Below, in pieces: positions 13,758 through 28,771 of a stretch of 64,000 nt of DNA. The stretch is from positions 37,386,001-37,450,000 of the forward strand of contig OX597836.1 of the NCBI GenBank assembly GCA_951406725.2, given 5' to 3'. A program made the position numbers and the translations under genes. Below the pieces are notes generated by a model that saw only the letters and a program-made list of their open reading frames with translations, was not told the origin of the DNA and ran no database searches. This stretch comes from Octopus vulgaris (Eukaryota). How positions within the stretch are numbered: position 1 is the first letter of the stretch; every line of letters begins with the position of its first letter.

Positions 13758-14418
13758 CCAGCGTTCCTTCACTGCCTTCGCGTATCCTCACTGCATGCAG
13801 TATAGTCTTTCTGTTTGTCCCATATTTTAAGGTTATTTGGCGTTCGCACTGGAAACAACGACAAAACAACCTTTGATTTCGTTCCAGAGATAAAGTGTCT
13901 TTACTTCATGACACAAAGTGAAAAGTAAAACATGACAACACTCTAGTTCAAAACAGTCAGAGGTTTATGACAAGGAATATAACTTCCAGAGATACTCTCA
14001 GCTAACGTGACACCAGCATTGCTACTTATATGGATTTTTACATTATCGAAACAAGTTTTACTCATTTCACAGCTTTCAAATGACGGTGAAAATTAGCCAC
14101 GTGCTCGATTTTCCTATCATTGTGACGGTCACGGTTGAACAGGTACGACTTGAAACCGAGTTTGAAAAGTTCTCGCCTCAAGAACCAAGAGTTGTGGGAA
14201 TACGATCGCGATATGATAATTCGGCTTAAATAAGTTATATATAATACAACATGTATTGAGTACTCTTTCTTTGGCACAGTTTCTTTGTATATATGTGTGG
14301 GTGGTGTGTTTAAGTACACACACACATACATACACACACATAAGATATATAAATGCATACATATATAAGCAGTTATTTATATATGTTTGTGTGTGCATGT
14401 GTATATATGTGTATCTAA

Positions 14419-14566
<148 letters not shown>

Positions 14567-15339
14567 ATAGATTGATAGAAAGATAGATAATTATATATAT
14601 ATTTATATAAAAGAATTTATAAACATATACATACATAAATGTACGTAAATATATACACACACACACACATATATATATACACGTACACACACACACACAC
14701 GCACGCATACACACATATCGATAGATATTTGTGTTTAAAACATACGTTGTACCTACGTATATTTGTGTACGTATAAGTAGATATGTACGTTTGTGTCTGG
14801 GTGGGAGTGTACACTCAATCACACACATACACACGCACACACGTGTGTATATGTGTTTGTGTATACGCGCATGTGTGTGTGTGTATTTATGTATATATGC
14901 ACTGTTTGAGATATCAGATTGCTTTTGGGGTTTTTTTGGGTTTTTTTGCTGATGTAATTGTTATTTGCTACGACTGTGTAGATGTATTTGTCTCCATCAG
15001 AAACTTAATTTCCTCTTCAGATCATGTAAAAAAAAGTGTTTTCTGTTAATGTTTCTTCTTTTCTTCTGCCAAATTCTTAACGTATAAGCAGATTTCGCAT
15101 GATATTGAACGATATACAGATTTTGCCAATAATTGCTGTTTTCCTGCGTGTAGATCAAGCTGCTGTTAAGAAAAAGACAAGATTATTGTGTTATATAATA
15201 AACACAATTATTCCTTCAATACTGAGGAACTGCTGGATACTATTGAAGCGTAAAAATGTTTTACATCTGGATGATGTTACATATTGAGGAAAGTGTTTTA
15301 TTCTCAACGTACTATAGCGCAACATGTACGAATATGTGT

Positions 15340-15400
<61 letters not shown>

Positions 15401-15443
15401 GCATATATATATATATGTGTGTGTGTATAGATATATATGTATG

Positions 15444-15560
<117 letters not shown>

Positions 15561-15643
15561 ATCTGTATATATATTGTATCTATGTATCTATGTATCTATG
15601 TATATGTGCATGTGTGTATATGTACATATATACAGACACAGCG

Positions 15644-15693
<50 letters not shown>

Positions 15694-15739
15694 TCATTCA
15701 TTCACACGCACAAAGCACAGGCACAAACACACACACGCG

Positions 15740-15773
<34 letters not shown>

Positions 15774-16127
15774 TAGCTGATGATCGGAAACAAGTAACAC
15801 TTTTTGAGTACTGGAACCTGGAGCTTTTCATTTAAGATATATTAAAGGAACTTGCCAAATCTGTGTGTGGTGTGTGCGTGTGTGTGTGTTTTAAAAATCG
15901 TCAGGTGAAAGGTGAACAGAGAAATAATCAATATGTTCCAGCAGATTCGAAAGTAATTATGCTAACCTCTATTGTTTTGCGTCACAGGACAAAGAATATC
16001 TTCACCTTTGCGACGAATATGTGTGCATAACGCACGCGATTTATCAGCACCAGAAATTTGGGCATACCCGGAATTTCGACATCGTTGTGCTTCGTCAGCC
16101 AGCAGCACGGTTGGGTTAATAAAATAC

Positions 16128-16728
16128 CTATTTCTTTACTACCCACAAGGGGCTAAACACAGAGAGGACAAACAAGGACAGACAAACGGATTAAGTCGAT
16201 TACGTCGACCCCAGTGCGTAACTGGTACTTAATTTATCGACTCCGAAAGGATGAAAGGCAAAGTCGACCTCGGCGGAATTTGAACTCAGAACGCAACGGC
16301 AGACGAAATACCTATTTCTTTACTTCCCACAGGGGGCTAAACACAGAGAGGACAAACAAGGACAGACAAGCGGATTAAGTCGATTACATCGACCCCAGTG
16401 CGTAACTGGTACTTAATTTTATCAACCCCGAAAGGATGAAAGGCAAAGTCGACCTCGGTGGAATTTGAACTCAGAACGCAACGGCAGACGAAATACCTAT
16501 TTCTTTACTACCCACAAGGGGCTAAACACAGAGAGGACAAACAAGGACTGACAAACGGATTAAGTCGATTACATCGCCTCCAGTGCGTAACTGGTACTTA
16601 ATTTATCAACCCCGAAAGGATGAAAGGCAAAGTCGACCTCGGCGGAATTTGAACTCAGAACGCAACGGCAGACGAAATACCGCTAAGCATTTGGCTCGAC
16701 GTGCTAACGTTTCTGCCAGCTCGCCGCC
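16128..16728 (-). mobile_element. SINE family A trimer within one TSD
   Basis: Three bodies of about 185 bp with one head. TSD TTAATAAAATAC at 16116-16127 and 16729-16740. Confidence 0.9.
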
Positions 16729-16757
16729 TTAATAAAATACTCGGATTTTGGCATATC

Positions 16758-17064
16758 ATCGTGATCACCGTGACCGACCAGGCTATCAGATGTAGTTACA
16801 CATCGCTGGTCACAATGCGTTCGCATTGTTTTAGCCTTCAAATGACGCCACTCCGCTGGCTAAGCGAGCAGGCCAACAGAAGAAAGAGTGAGAGAAAGTT
16901 GTGGTGAAAGAGTACAGCAGGGATCACCACCCCTGCCGGAGCCTCGTGGAGCTTTTAGGTGTTTTTGCTCAATAAACACTCACAACGCCCGGTCTAGGAA
17001 TCGAAACAGCAATCCTACGACCGCGAGTCCGCTGCCCTAACCACTAGGCCATTGCGCCTCCACA
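16758..17064 (-). mobile_element. SINE family D (alternative 3' tail)
   Basis: Family D head; flanking direct repeat TTTGGCATAT. Confidence 0.82.
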
Positions 17065-17328
17065 GTTTGGCATATAGCAGGGATTACTAAACAATTTTGT
17101 TCAGGTGCTTCTGGCTAACGACACACAAAGGTATCGAAACGCTGAATGTCTCGAGATCTTTTGTACTAATGAATCGAAATTGTTATGAACACGTATTCAT
17201 CGAGAAGAAGCTGCTCCTTAATGAAACCCAACAATGAATAGCAAATTTTCGTCCGAATTTGCGAAAACAAATTAAGAATATATATGCAAGTCATCGATAT
17301 AAATGTTTTAAGTATGTATGTATGTATG

Positions 17329-17393
<65 letters not shown>

Positions 17394-17458
17394 ATACATA
17401 TATGTACATACAGATATGCGTGTATGTGTATATGCACGCACACACACACACACATATA

Positions 17459-18780
17459 TTGAGTTGGCAAGAAAGTAATTTCGGTTTTTTAGTGTGAAAT
17501 AAAAGTAGATTATATATATATATATATACAAAGAATGCATTTTAATCAACTATATATTTTCTATTTTGTTTGATGATCTTTTGTCATCTTTCTAGCAACT
17601 TCATGATTCCGCACTTATGGAACTTCTGGTGCTTATCTACCAGAAGATGAAGCCAGTGCGATTAAAGGTCATCATAATTATTGAAAGTTTTACAGTCCAA
17701 AGAATTTTGCAAACATCGAAACAAACGTTAATCTGATGGTGCAAGGTTGAGGCTATATGATGGATGTGACATCACTTCCCAACCAAGCTCCAATAATTTT
17801 TCACGAGTTAGCAAAGACATGTGTGGTCTAGCGTTGTCATTTTGGAACACGATTCCTTTACGATTTGCCAATTCTGGCAGTTTTTCTTTGATTGCTCCTT
17901 CCAGTTTCATTAGTTGTTGACAGTAAACATCTGAATTGATCATTTGGTTCCTTAGAAGCAACTCGAAATACATAACAGCTTTATAATATCACCAAATTGA
18001 CAGTATGACCTTTTAGCGTTCGAAGAATTTTGCAAACATCGAAATAAATGGTAATCTGATGGTGCAAGATCGAGGCTACATGGTGGATGTGACATCACTT
18101 CCCAACCAAGGTCCAATAATTTTTCACGAGTTGACAAAGACGTGTGTGGTCTAGCGTTGTCTGCCAATTCTGACAGTTTTTCTTTGATTTCTTCTTCCAG
18201 TTTCATTAGTTGTTGACAGTAAACATCTGAATTTATCGTTTGGTTTCTTAGAAGCAACTCGAAATACACAACAGCTTTATAATATCACCAAATTGACAGT
18301 ATGACCTTTTTCGATGCAATTCAGCTTTCGATGTGGTTTGTACTGATTCATTACGCTTGGACCATGATTGTTTTTGATTAATTTTATTGTAGACAATTTA
18401 TTTTTCATCACCATTGATGATTCGTTTAAAAAAAAGGTCGATTTCATTTCGTTGTGTTAAGTGAATCTCTTTCAATTTATGTGGAACCAAAATATCGAGC
18501 TTCTTAACGAGTCCAAGATATTTTTGTATACAATTCTGTGCGTCGATTGATATAATTGTGTGCGTTGACTACAACATCAGAGCATTTTAGCTCTTAGTTC
18601 TAGCATTGTAGGTTGTCGAACGCCCTCTGTCACATTCAATGACAGTTACAGTTTTGCCTTTTTAAATAAATTGCAATACAGCTGCCTAATATAATTATAT
18701 ATTTATTGATTGATTTTAGCTGCGACTTCAGTGCTTTCTTTTGGTCCAATTGTGTCCAGAGCTGTTTATCTACATCCACC
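17459..18780 (-). mobile_element. Decayed mariner transposon with internal tandem duplication
   Basis: TA-flanked TIR TTGAGTTGGCAAGAAAGTAATTTCGG. Minus-strand ORFs YFELL..INSDVYCQQL..DNARPH..LGWEVMSHPP(Y)SLDLAPSDY occur twice (17728-17973 and 17952-18269). The far end is approximate. Confidence 0.88.
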
Positions 18781-19162
18781 ATCTGTTGTCAAGCAATGCT
18801 AGGAGGACAAACACAGACACACAAACACACACACGCATATATATATATATATGCTTTGCCCGCGCGCGCGTCTGTGTGTGCGTGTTCGTGTTTGTGTGTG
18901 TGTGTGTGTGATGCTCGAATATTCGCTATAAGGATGAATAGCGCGATAGACGGAAATTTAGATATATAGATATATATATATATACATATATATGTATTAT
19001 TCACTCTCTGTTTATTTTTTGGTGTTCCTTTTTGGTGAAGTACGTAGGCTCGAAACGTAAAAGACTTACCTTCCGGAACGTTAAACTATTACACCTGTTT
19101 GTTGTTTTTACCGTCTTCGTCTTTTTGTTTCTCTGTAAATGTATATACATATATATACATAT

Positions 19163-19371
<209 letters not shown>

Positions 19372-20440
19372 CGCAGTAATATACGTAATATACACTATAA
19401 TCTGTGGAAAAAAAATTTCTGCACGCGGGGTATACACCTCCCCTCCGATGCCTTTTTTTATTTCTTTCTGTTGTTACTAATTTTGTTGTAATTGTCCTTG
19501 ATTTTATGGTTGGTGGTATTAAAACAAAGGTCCACACTTATCGAGCAGGCATTTCATCGGATGTATACAAGACCTTGCGATCGATCTTGAATATTGTAGG
19601 GGTACCCATATAATCTGATCATTTTATCTAATCTTCAAACTGTCCGTTGTCTTTGCTTGAACAAAGAACTTTGTTACTATTAATAATGAGTGAAGCAGCC
19701 ACATCGAGACACTCTCGTAGTAGATTTCCTCGTTGTTATTGCAACTATTTTATAGAGTGGACAGAAATAACAATTAAAAGCCTATATGGTCTGAATTGTA
19801 GCCCAAGCTTTCATTTTGAATTCCAAAACTGAGTTTCCTAACAGCTTATGTTTTGTCCCCCATCATTGCTTGATAACCGATGTTGGTGTGTTTACGTTCC
19901 CATAAATTAGCGGTACTGCAAAAGAGACAGATAGAATAAGTACCAGGCTTTAAAAGTTTTCGCTGATACAGTGATGTTAGTCTCGTTTAAAGCCATATAT
20001 TATCAAATATATCACTCGAATATATTAAACTAAAAACTTTAAAATTGTATATATTTGACATGATGTTAGAGCGGAGTGTCTGCTATATAAATGATTTTGT
20101 GTAAAAACAACACGGAGAACCGTTTAGATGATGCTGAATTTGTAATCGATTTCTCGGTTCAAATATAGGGGGAAATTATATTGACATATTTAGCATAATG
20201 AAAGATATTATACTAACAGCAAATAGCTATGTGCTGAAACGCGTTGCTCATAATTAATTAGACAGACAGTCGGGCAGATATATGAACTGATGAATAGAGG
20301 GAAGGATGGATGGCTGGATGGATGGATGGACAGAGAGAGAGGGTGAGAGCTGGAGTGAGCAGGAGATAGAAACATAGTTTGAGTGATAGAATCAGGCATA
20401 CATAATTAGATAGGTTAGATGGGTAGATTGACAAATGAGT

Positions 20441-20473
<33 letters not shown>

Positions 20474-20620
20474 GAGAGAGAACGAGAAAGAGAAGAGAGA
20501 GAGTGGGAAAGGGAGAGAAAGAGAGAGAGTGAGAAAGGGTAGAGAGAGGTGGAGTGAATAAGATATAGGAAGAAAGAGACAGACAGACAGATAGGTAGAT
20601 AGACAGACAGACAGACAGAC

Positions 20621-20703
<83 letters not shown>

Positions 20704-20708
20704 TAGAC

Positions 20709-20793
<85 letters not shown>

Positions 20794-20916
20794 TTTAATA
20801 AAAGAAGTATCTGAAAGATTATTAACTAGAAATAATTACATCATACACGAAAATGATATTAGTCAATGATTAATATACGTTCATTCGAATTAGTTTGGCA
20901 AGTATAGCAAGATAAA

Positions 20917-20952
20917 TCGGAACTTGATTTGGTCTAGTGACCTCATCAGCGA
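20917..20952 (-). ncRNA. Degenerate type I hammerhead ribozyme (G12 missing)
   Basis: Minus strand: TCG-CTGATGA-GGTC acta GACC-AAA-TCAAGT-TC-CGA. Perfect stem II, but GAAA reads AAA. Confidence 0.4.
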
Positions 20953-21119
20953 GTCATCGACCTCACATCGTTGCAGACAGACGTAGTGGAGAAAGACTCG
21001 CTATGCAAAGGTAAAGTGATGGTTGGCATACATAACTGTATATCCTGTTGAGTGATGATAGAATGCATGTACAATGTATATGTGGATGTATCTGTTCTAG
21101 ATACCGAGAAACCGTCAGG

Positions 21120-21162
<43 letters not shown>

Positions 21163-21231
21163 GAGAAGTGTGTATATACGTGTGTGTGTGTATGTCACTA
21201 AAGTGAACAAGGTGACTAATCAGTACCAGTA

Positions 21232-21441
21232 TTACTCTTTACTCTTTTACTTGTTTCAGTCATTTGACTGCGGCCATGCTGGAGCACCGCATTTTAGTCG
21301 AGCAAATCGACTCCAGGACTTATTCTTTGTAAGCCTAGTACTTATTCTATCGGTCTCTTTTGCCGAACAGGGGACGTAAACATACCAGCATCGGTTGTCA
21401 AGCGATGTTGCAGGGACAAACACAGATACACAAACACACAA

Positions 21442-21513
<72 letters not shown>

Positions 21514-21562
21514 CGGGAAGGTTTACGAAAATAAACAAAAGACGAAGGCAGGTGGAGTACAA

Positions 21563-21622
<60 letters not shown>

Positions 21623-21785
21623 GACAGGCTTCTTTCAGCTTCCGTCTTCCAAATCCACTCACAAGGCTTTGGTCGGCCCGAGGCTATAGTACAAGACACT
21701 TTCCCAAGGTTCCACGCAGTGAGACTGAACCCGGAACCGTGTGGTTGGTAAGCAAGCTACTTACCACACAGCCTCACCTGCGCCT
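21232..21785 (-). mobile_element. SINE family B with a nested PLE-like terminal fragment in its TA tract
   Basis: Family B consensus. 21511-21565 (GTTTACGAAAATAAACAAAAGACGAAGGCAGGTGG) recurs at 48155 and, inverted, at 25230. Confidence 0.82.
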
Positions 21786-22029
21786 ATATTGCTATAAATA
21801 AGAGTCAAAACTACTCAATAGCCAACAAGAGCACTATCTTAATGAGCTGAGAAGGGAGAGACTCTTCCCTATGTTCGCAGATAGAGCCAGATCATCGATG
21901 ATTTCGCGTTCTTATGCTAAATGCATCTTAACGCTCATCAGTGGCTCTCACGGCGTCTACGGTTAAACTCATTTCACCTTGTCAGCTTATTCGCTGATTT
22001 CAAAAGCGGTGAAAGCTGACAGGGCATCG

Positions 22030-22720
22030 AAGGCTTTTGGTTTTACCATCAGCATCAAGAAAACTGACCTTGGACATCAGCATTAAAAACTGTTTGTTTC
22101 TTCACTTATGTTCCATTGTGTCTAATAATGGTAAGATGGATGCAGAAATTGAGTCCAGAATCGAGAAGGCTAGTTCCACTTTCGACAAATTTTACCACAG
22201 GCTTTGGAACAGCCACGACGTATCGTTGAAGGTGAAAGTCGATGTATATAAGTAGTTGGTTTTGTCATCATTGCATTATGGTGCTGAATCTTGGACCCTG
22301 TATCGAAAACGCATCAACCAGCTTGACGCTTTTCATATTTGATGCTTGCGTACTATCTCCGACATAAAACCGATTGATCGTATTCGTAACAATGAGGTGC
22401 TAACAAAATACAACATATCAGGTAGTGAATCCATCCTCATCAAACTACAACTTAGATGATCAGGTCAACCTTTACGTATGAATGATATTAGAAATCTTAA
22501 GCAACTTTTCTTTGACCAAATCCCAACAGGAAAACGAGTTGGAAGGCCACTCTTGCGCTTCAAATACAAACTAAGTGAAAATTTGAAGCGATGCACCATT
22601 CCCTTTACTTCATGGGAATACAAAACATCAGAACGCAAGACCTGGCGCCAGTCTTGCTTCTCCTCGGCTCAATGACTTGAGCTAAGTCGGCTCCAACATC
22701 GGGCCAAACTTCCTGCAAGC
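22030..22720 (+). mobile_element. RTE (BovB-like) LINE, C-terminal RT region, pseudogenised
   Basis: Translates DAEIESRIEKASSTF..LWNSHDVSLKVKVDVYK*..LHYGAESWTLYRK..QLDAFH..LRMNDIRNLKQLF..GKRVGRPLLRFKY..W...SERKTWRQ. Confidence 0.88.
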
Positions 22721-22759
22721 ACGAAGGCACGCTGGCAAAGCGCTGTTCCTTTAAGTAGT

Positions 22760-23040
22760 TAGTTAGGTAGTTAATTTTTTGTCTCAAAAAGCAAAAATCA
22801 AGACCATGTAGGGGGACATGGAGTTATGTAAAGAGTTCAGGCCACTTGAGGTCAAGGGAGACTTTGAACAAAGTGGTCGTCGGCATCTTAACCATCTCGT
22901 CTGGCAGCTTGTTCCACGGATCCGCAACCCGGACGGAGAAAGCCCCTCTCCTTCGAGTGAGATGAAATCGTCGCAGATAGTAACCTTATCTGTCGTTGTG
23001 CTTTTGTGGCAGGAAACAATGTAGTTATTGCTGTCCACTC
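22760..23040 (-). mobile_element. CR1-clade LINE 3' end
   Basis: Minus strand YLRRFHLTRRRGAFSVRVADPWNKLPDEMVKMPTTTLFKVSLDLKWPELFT*, followed by a (TAAC)n-like tail. Confidence 0.82.
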
Positions 23041-23425
23041 AAAAAAACCCTTAGTAAAATAATCTCATCTCATTTCTCTCTTCAGACTCTCGCCTTCGGT
23101 TTTCTACAATCCACCTTGCTTTATACTTGTTTCTGGAGAGATTACGTCTTTTCTTTGGTGGCATATTTTTTTCAATATTGTAAACAAAAATGATGAACAA
23201 AGAAAGAAATTATTTTTGTAAGCAATTGTATGTATGTAGAATGTTTTTATTTTTCTATGTAGAATTAATTAACCGAATAGAATGACACACCATTCTGCTG
23301 TGATGGATCGTTTTGTGTTTATCCCGCTCATTCGGTAAAAAAAAGATTTGAAGAGAGCAGAAATTGAAAGAGAAAGCGAAAAGGACAGAAAAAGAAAGTG
23401 AAAGATGTACGTCAAATGAAATGGA

Positions 23426-23510
<85 letters not shown>

Positions 23511-23799
23511 ATGCGTGCGTATGTGTGTGAGAGAGAAAGAGAGTGAGAAAGGGAGATAGATTGAGTGAAGGTGTGTGTCACGATGACTGATGTCTTTTAA
23601 GGTACACATACATATAGAAAATGTGACGTAATCGTATAAAATGTTTATGATACTTGATTTATGGAAAAGATTATGGGGTAACATTTTTGAAATGCAAATG
23701 TGTGAATGGAAATTAAGTTTAATTTTTTGCTGAAATACTACTGAATATTTTGATACCCCATACGTCAAAATCTGCATCTCGGTTTCAGAATGCATAATG

Positions 23800-23856
<57 letters not shown>

Positions 23857-23924
23857 TCCCGGGTTGAGTCGGGGTTAACCACAGTAAATAAGGTACTCAA
23901 TACCTAGCAGAGTAAATTAATTTA

Positions 23925-24030
23925 TTTTATAGAAGGAGCTTCTACAGGACTAGAACTGTTTCATTCAAATGAAATCATCATTTCATTTGAATGAAACAGT
24001 TCTAGTCCTGTAGAAGCTCCTTCTATAAAA
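23925..24030. repeat. Perfect 51-bp inverted repeat with 4-nt loop
   Basis: 23925-23975 is the exact reverse complement of 23980-24030; loop CATC. Confidence 0.95.
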
Positions 24031-25598
24031 CAAATATATATATACCCTTACAGACTCCTTTCAAACTGAAAGTATTATCTCACATTACAATAGAGACGTA
24101 ATACTGAAATGGCGTAAGAGATAAGACATTGCTCTTGGCTCGCATTAGACAAGAATTTGGAAATGATTTTGCCCCATGACACTGCATGTACCTTGGCTTT
24201 TGTACTTGACACCTGTTGCTTTAAGTGTGATATTTCGATCTTATGAATATATGTATGTATGAGCCAATGAGGGAGACCTCTTCATGGTAGCTAGACCTGG
24301 TAGAAATAGGAGACAAATCTTCCCCAAAACACCCTACTGTCTTAATCCAACAATTCTGCCTATTATGTAGTTTGAATGAGAAACTGTAACCAATGATTAA
24401 GATTATTAACCCCACAAATTTTAATAGCAAACAATTTTTTCTCTTTCTTGCTTAATGAAAGTGGTTGCCTTTTCCTCGTAGTTTTTCATGTCAGTTGTAA
24501 AGGTGAAGAGGGTTAACTTGGACGGTGTTAAATAGTGGATATATTTGGTGATTGTATGTGGTGGTTACTTTTGACTGTTTCTTCTCAATAAAGGTAATTT
24601 ATTGATAACACATTTTAACACAATATATATACAACTTCAAGTGGAATCAGACATCATTAGAGAGACAGAGAGAGGAGAGAAGAGAGACAGCATAGCGACG
24701 GTTTTGGCTGACTGACATCCTGTACTCCCCTTGTTGTCAGCGAGATGGCATGTACCGGCTGTCTGAGCAACTCGTTGTTTTTAATGGCAGAAGAACAGGA
24801 CGAACAAAAATTAAGAAAACAGCGATTCTCACTTTGAAACTGACAATTTTGAAAATCTATTTAGATCATGTATTCATTTTAAAATATTCAGCGCGATCGG
24901 ATGAAAATCTATTTAGATCATGTATTCATTTTAAAATATTCAGCGCGATCGGATGAACAAAACTCAAGTTATAAGAACACAGACAGACCGGATTATATAT
25001 ATATATATATACGACCAACCACGCACCTGCTATGATGAGCTATGGGAAGAGGTTGAAATAACAGCAACTTTATACTATGGTGTAATGAATACATCAATAA
25101 ATCCCACTGAAACAGCTGTGGTAAATTTTAAAATTTTAAATCCACATTAAGTTCGTGAGGCTCGAAACGTTAAAGACTTGTTTCATTTATATTTCCTGAG
25201 CGCCATACTAATACAATTGTTTGTTTGTTTTCCACCTGCCTTCGTCTTTTGTCTATTTCCATAAAGCTTCCCGTTATATATATATATATATTAAGGTATT
25301 AACCGGTGTTGTTCAAACGATGAATAGCTTCGCGTAAACCATTGGTTCGTTTTGTTCCCTTACTTTATTATCATCTTATAATCATCTCATATTAATGATT
25401 TTTATGACTCGTATTACTATCTCAGTCAATCTAAATGTATATATTTGTCGTTACCTGTCATAAATAGACTTTTTATATTTGCAATATGCATTTTCGTTGA
25501 TTTTTCATATTTTACCCCTATATATATATATATATATATCACGTAATTAAATACACTCTCCCTTGCTTAAATTATTTTGTCAGCATTTTCTTTTCTTC

Positions 25599-25648
<50 letters not shown>

Positions 25649-25954
25649 AAACAAAAGACGAAGACAAGTGTATAAACAACAAGCAAGTGTATTTGTTTAA
25701 CGCTCGGGAGGGTTCGAGCCTTGGGTCTTCAACAGAAAGGAAATCTGGAAAATAAAAACAGAGAGAGAATTTTAAAAACTTGTGGAGTTAGCGGTCAATC
25801 ATATATATACGTGTTTATCCTCTGAGCATATTCACTTATATGTATCTATAGGTGTAGGAGTGATGGTGTTGGTGTGTTTGCATGTCAAGCTTAATTTTAT
25901 TCATATGTAGCACTACTTCACACCTTCTCACTTCCTTTAACTCTCTCTCTATAG

Positions 25955-26340
25955 TCTTTTACTTGTTTCAGTCATTGACTGCAGCCATGCTGGAGCACCG
26001 CCCTTAGTCGAGCAAATCGACCCCAGGACTTATTCTTTGTAAGCCTAGTATTTATTCTATCGGTATCTTTTGCCGAACCGCTAAATTACGGGGATGTAAA
26101 CACGCCAGCATCGGTTGTCAAGCGATGTTAGGGAGGACAAACAGACAGACAAACACACACACATATATATTTACATATATACGACGGGCTTCTTTCGGTT
26201 TCCGTCTACCAAAGCCACTCACAAGGCCTTGGTCGGCCCGAGGCTATAGTAGAAGACACTTGCCCAAGGTGCCAGGCAGTGGGACTGAACTGGGAACCAT
26301 GTGGTTGGTAGCAAGCTATTTACTACACAGCCACTCCTGT
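25955..26340 (-). mobile_element. SINE family B
   Basis: Family B consensus. Confidence 0.87.
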
Positions 26341-26349
26341 GTATATATA

Positions 26350-26437
<88 letters not shown>

Positions 26438-27426
26438 ATTAGCCGTTCAAAAACACACAGACTGTTAACTCTCTGCTGGTATTCTTGATTACACAAACTA
26501 AGACAAACATACACATTAATAACAAAATAAATACTACTGCTAATATTACTACTTCTACTACTAATGCTCACGCTTCTACTGCTGCTACTACCACTACTAG
26601 ATTCATGGTATTATTATATCTGACTACGGGCTTCTAAGGAATTCAAACATGAATACACAGACGAACAACACCTCCAGAATATACGTGACTGTTCAATTGT
26701 ACGCTGATGAAATATCCGTCCTTAATTAACGACTCAAATATATCGCGTTTAAAAAGGTCAGTAACATTGATTATCTGTGTGAAATTGGAAGTAACATTCC
26801 AGACTGTAGACTGTTTGAAATTGACCTTCAGTAGGGAGGTTATGTCATTAAAGACAATAGGACTATGGCAAACACAACTGATTAATTAATTAACTGAAAG
26901 ACGAATCAGACAATCGATAAGTTAATTAGTTAATTAGTTAATCAATTGACGAATATTAAAAAAAGAAGTGAAATTGAAACAGGGCGTGTGTTTCTTATTG
27001 GTGTAATGACCGTCCCAAAATGCAAGAAAATGCTTGCATATGGTTTTGCTGCTTTCCTCCCCCTCTTCAAATTTATTATACAAATTCGAGAATATTTACT
27101 GAGTAGAAATGTTTCGTTTGTTTACAAACTTTCACTAACTCAGTAATGTGTGTGTTTTTGTGTGTAAGTGTGTTTATGCACATATATAAATATATGCGTG
27201 TGTATGGATATACAAATATGTATGTATATACATATTTTATGTGTATATGAATGTGTGGGTTTATAAATATGCGCACGAGTATAAATATGTATATATGAAT
27301 ACGTACGTATATATATGTATATATCATACATATGTGTATATATACTATATGTATATGCGTTTATGTATTTATATATATTTATTATGCGTATGCTTATGTA
27401 TATATATACATATGTGTGGGGGTGTA

Positions 27427-27530
<104 letters not shown>

Positions 27531-28203
27531 TATATATGTATCTACCTATGTGTATACATATATTGATAGACAGACAGGTAGAATGACAGATATGCATATA
27601 TATGTATGTACGTGTGTGAAAATAAATATGTGTACGTATATATATATATATGCGTATATATATACATATATATATATATACGTATATATATACATATATA
27701 TATGTATATATATATTCTTTAGCAGTTAACTTAATCAAAGAATTAGCAATAAATTCTATGATCTAAATACAAACTCACTGACACAAACGATTTCAAATTT
27801 GCTTTCTTTTCATTTTTTTTATAAATTCATTTCAGATATCGAAAATAACATTTGTTTGCGACTCTTGATCGCTCTGCCTACTTCAGAAGTTATATGTTTT
27901 ACAGGAAGAAAAAAACTGTTTTCGACTCGCTGTATTTGGCACCGAGTTTCAAAGGAACCTTGTACAATCAACAGCGTGAAAAATCGGCTGGTTATACACT
28001 AAGTTCTGTTTGAATTTGCTTGCTTCTACAACGTAAAAAAGATTTATTTTTCGCTCCGCATGTTGGTTTCTATTTATTTTTTTAACGATTTTTAACCAAA
28101 TATAATGGCTCCAACAAAAGAGATTTTTAGAAATACATATTGGACACATATTCACTGAAACTGAAATGTATATATATTTACACACCTACATATATGGGCA
28201 AGC

Positions 28204-28248
<45 letters not shown>

Positions 28249-28283
28249 GGCAGACAGACAGAGAGAAAGACAGACAGACAGAC

Positions 28284-28342
<59 letters not shown>

Positions 28343-28391
28343 CATATAGATAGATATCCATTTGAATATGTACAGATATACATATAGTATG

Positions 28392-28456
<65 letters not shown>

Positions 28457-28589
28457 GTATATACATATGCATAGATACATATACATTTGTATATATTTGT
28501 AGATAATGATTTATATATACACATATCTTTACATTACATACACACACACACACACATATATATACATCTATATATACATACATACGCAT

Positions 28590-28740
28590 AGATACATACA
28601 TACATACATACATATACATACATACATACATACATACATACATACATACATACATACATACATACACACACACATACATATACATACATACATACATACA
28701 TACATACATACATACATACATACATACATACATACATACA

Positions 28741-28771
<31 letters not shown>

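Noticed and set aside
14965-15025. Minus-strand CTGAAGA followed by a hairpin
   Set aside because: No GAAA follows the stem.
16128-16728. Regularly spaced repeats suggesting a CRISPR-like array
   Set aside because: Units are whole SINE bodies with no unique spacers; eukaryotic context and no cas genes.
19025-19070. Hammerhead-like motif (TTGGTGAAG..GCTCGAAACGTA; relatives at 25158 and 25712-25740)
   Set aside because: The essential core position A6 is not conserved (CTGTTGA/TTGGTGA) and stems are broken; probably PLE-terminus remnants, but not callable as ribozymes.
24850-24955. Exact ~52-bp tandem duplication
   Set aside because: Ordinary local slippage within a Helitron-like end; no further structure.
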